From an uncultured Bacillota bacterium (GTDB lineage: Bacteria; Bacillota_I; Bacilli_A; RFN20; CAG-826), in the NCBI GenBank assembly GCA_946623775.1, contig CAMORJ010000003.1:1-46079 (forward strand): a stretch of DNA of 46,079 bases. The letters are read 5' to 3'. The notes beneath the pieces were generated by a model. The model worked only from the letters and a program-made list of their open reading frames with translations, was not told the origin of the DNA and did no database searches. The translations under genes were made by a program, and so were the position numbers. Positions 45,060-46,079 of the stretch are shown one piece after another. The first letter of the stretch is position 1. Every line of letters begins with the position of its first letter.

Positions 45060-46079
45060 ATGGCAACAAATCCAGATCTTCCAAACAAAGACAAAGCGCT
45101 CGAGGAAGCGCTCAAAGGCATCGAAAAGACCTTTGGCAAAGGCAGCATCATGCGCCTTGGGGAACGTCCTCACGTCGACGTCGACGTCATTCCCAGCGGA
45201 TCCATCCTTTTGGATCAAGCCCTCGGAGTAGGAGGCTACCCCAAGGGAAGGATCGTGGAAATCTACGGTCCTGAATCCTCCGGCAAGACCACTCTTGCCT
45301 TGGAGGCCATCGCCCAAGCTCAGAAAAAGGGAGGCCGCGCCGCGTTTATCGACGCCGAGCACTCCATCGACCCTGAGTATGCGGCGAAACTCGGCGTCGA
45401 TATCGACGAGCTGATTCTATCGCAGCCGGATAACGGCGAGCAGGCTCTTGAGATCACCGAGCGTTTAGCGGAATCCGGCGCGATCGATATCATCGTCGTC
45501 GACTCCGTCGCGGCTTTGGTCCCGCAAGCCGAGATCGAAGGCACCATGACCGACAATCAGGTTGGCTTGCAGGCCCGCTTGATGTCCAAAGGCCTCCGCA
45601 AAATCGCCGGCATGCTCAACAAGACCGGCACCGTCGTCATCTTCATCAACCAGCTTCGCGAGAAAGTCGGCGTCCTTTACGGCAATCCCGAAACCACGAC
45701 CGGCGGCCGCGCGCTGAAGTTCTATGCCTCCATCCGCATCGACATCCGCCGCGCTGAAGCGATCAAGGCCGGAACAGAGATCATCGGCAACTCCGTCAAA
45801 ATCAAAATCGTCAAGAACAAGGTCTCGCCTCCGTTCAAGTCCTGCACCATCGACATGATCTATGGTGTCGGCATCTCCAAGTTCGCTGAGCTTCTCGATG
45901 TCGGCGAGCAGTTCGGATTGCTCCAGAAGACAGGTGCCTGGTACACCTATAACGGCGAGAAGATCGGCAATGGACGCGAAGCCGCGAAGGCATATCTCAG
46001 GGACCGCCCCGAGGTCGCTGCCGAACTCGAAGAGAAGGTCCGCCTCGCTCTCCGCCCGAAAGCGAACGAAGACGGCGTC
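45060..46079 (+). CDS. recA: Recombinase RecA (runs off the window end; absent from the ORF track)
   Basis: Read from sequence: [59 protein letters not shown]. Confidence 0.97.
   Translation, partial: MATNPDLPNKDKALEEALKGIEKTFGKGSIMRLGERPHVDVDVIPSGSILLDQALGVGGYPKGRIVEIYGPESSGKTTLALEAIAQAQKKGGRAAFIDAEHSIDPEYAAKLGVDIDELILSQPDNGEQALEITERLAESGAIDIIVVDSVAALVPQAEIEGTMTDNQVGLQARLMSKGLRKIAGMLNKTGTVVIFINQLREKVGVLYGNPETTTGGRALKFYASIRIDIRRAEAIKAGTEIIGNSVKIKIVKNKVSPPFKSCTIDMIYGVGISKFAELLDVGEQFGLLQKTGAWYTYNGEKIGNGREAAKAYLRDRPEVAAELEEKVRLALRPKANEDGV

Noticed and set aside
1-46079. Mycoplasma-type UGA=Trp recoding
   Set aside because: Conserved genes are full length in code 11, and TGA ends genes at ATGA overlaps (e.g. 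sufB/mnmG, VUT/SDR)

Overview
Gene-dense, mostly housekeeping chromosomal window from a Bacilli-type bacterium using genetic code 11. The reduced Bacillus-like synteny suggests an Erysipelotrichales/RFN20/RF39-like gut lineage (inference). It contains a PPi-type phosphofructokinase, an aromatic-amino-acid-type ABC transporter, an XRE + HipA/CtkA-like kinase module, a VUT transporter + SDR operon, lipid/glycolipid genes, recX-yhaM, hit with two PrsA-like lipoproteins, sufCDSUB-mnmG-rsmG-parA-parB, an FMN riboswitch-ribU, fer, cmk-der-hup, a very short CCA-type nucleotidyltransferase, dnaD-nth, recU, gpsB, rnpB, pgsA, cinA and a recA truncated by the window edge. No CRISPR array, transposase, tRNA or rRNA was seen. 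The strongest leads are: (1) a preQ1-I-like riboswitch controlling a VUT transporter translationally coupled to an SDR oxidoreductase, a candidate new queuosine-salvage enzyme; (2) an unannotated 24-aa Tyr/Phe-rich leader peptide with terminator/antiterminator upstream of the ABC transporter; (3) a candidate ~110-nt C-rich-loop sRNA; (4) a PrsA-derived lipoprotein pair next to hit that resembles the Mycoplasma P80/P60/HinT arrangement; (5) many apparently leaderless genes; (6) absence of ponA from its usual locus. All family calls come from motif recognition by eye; no searches or folding programs were run.
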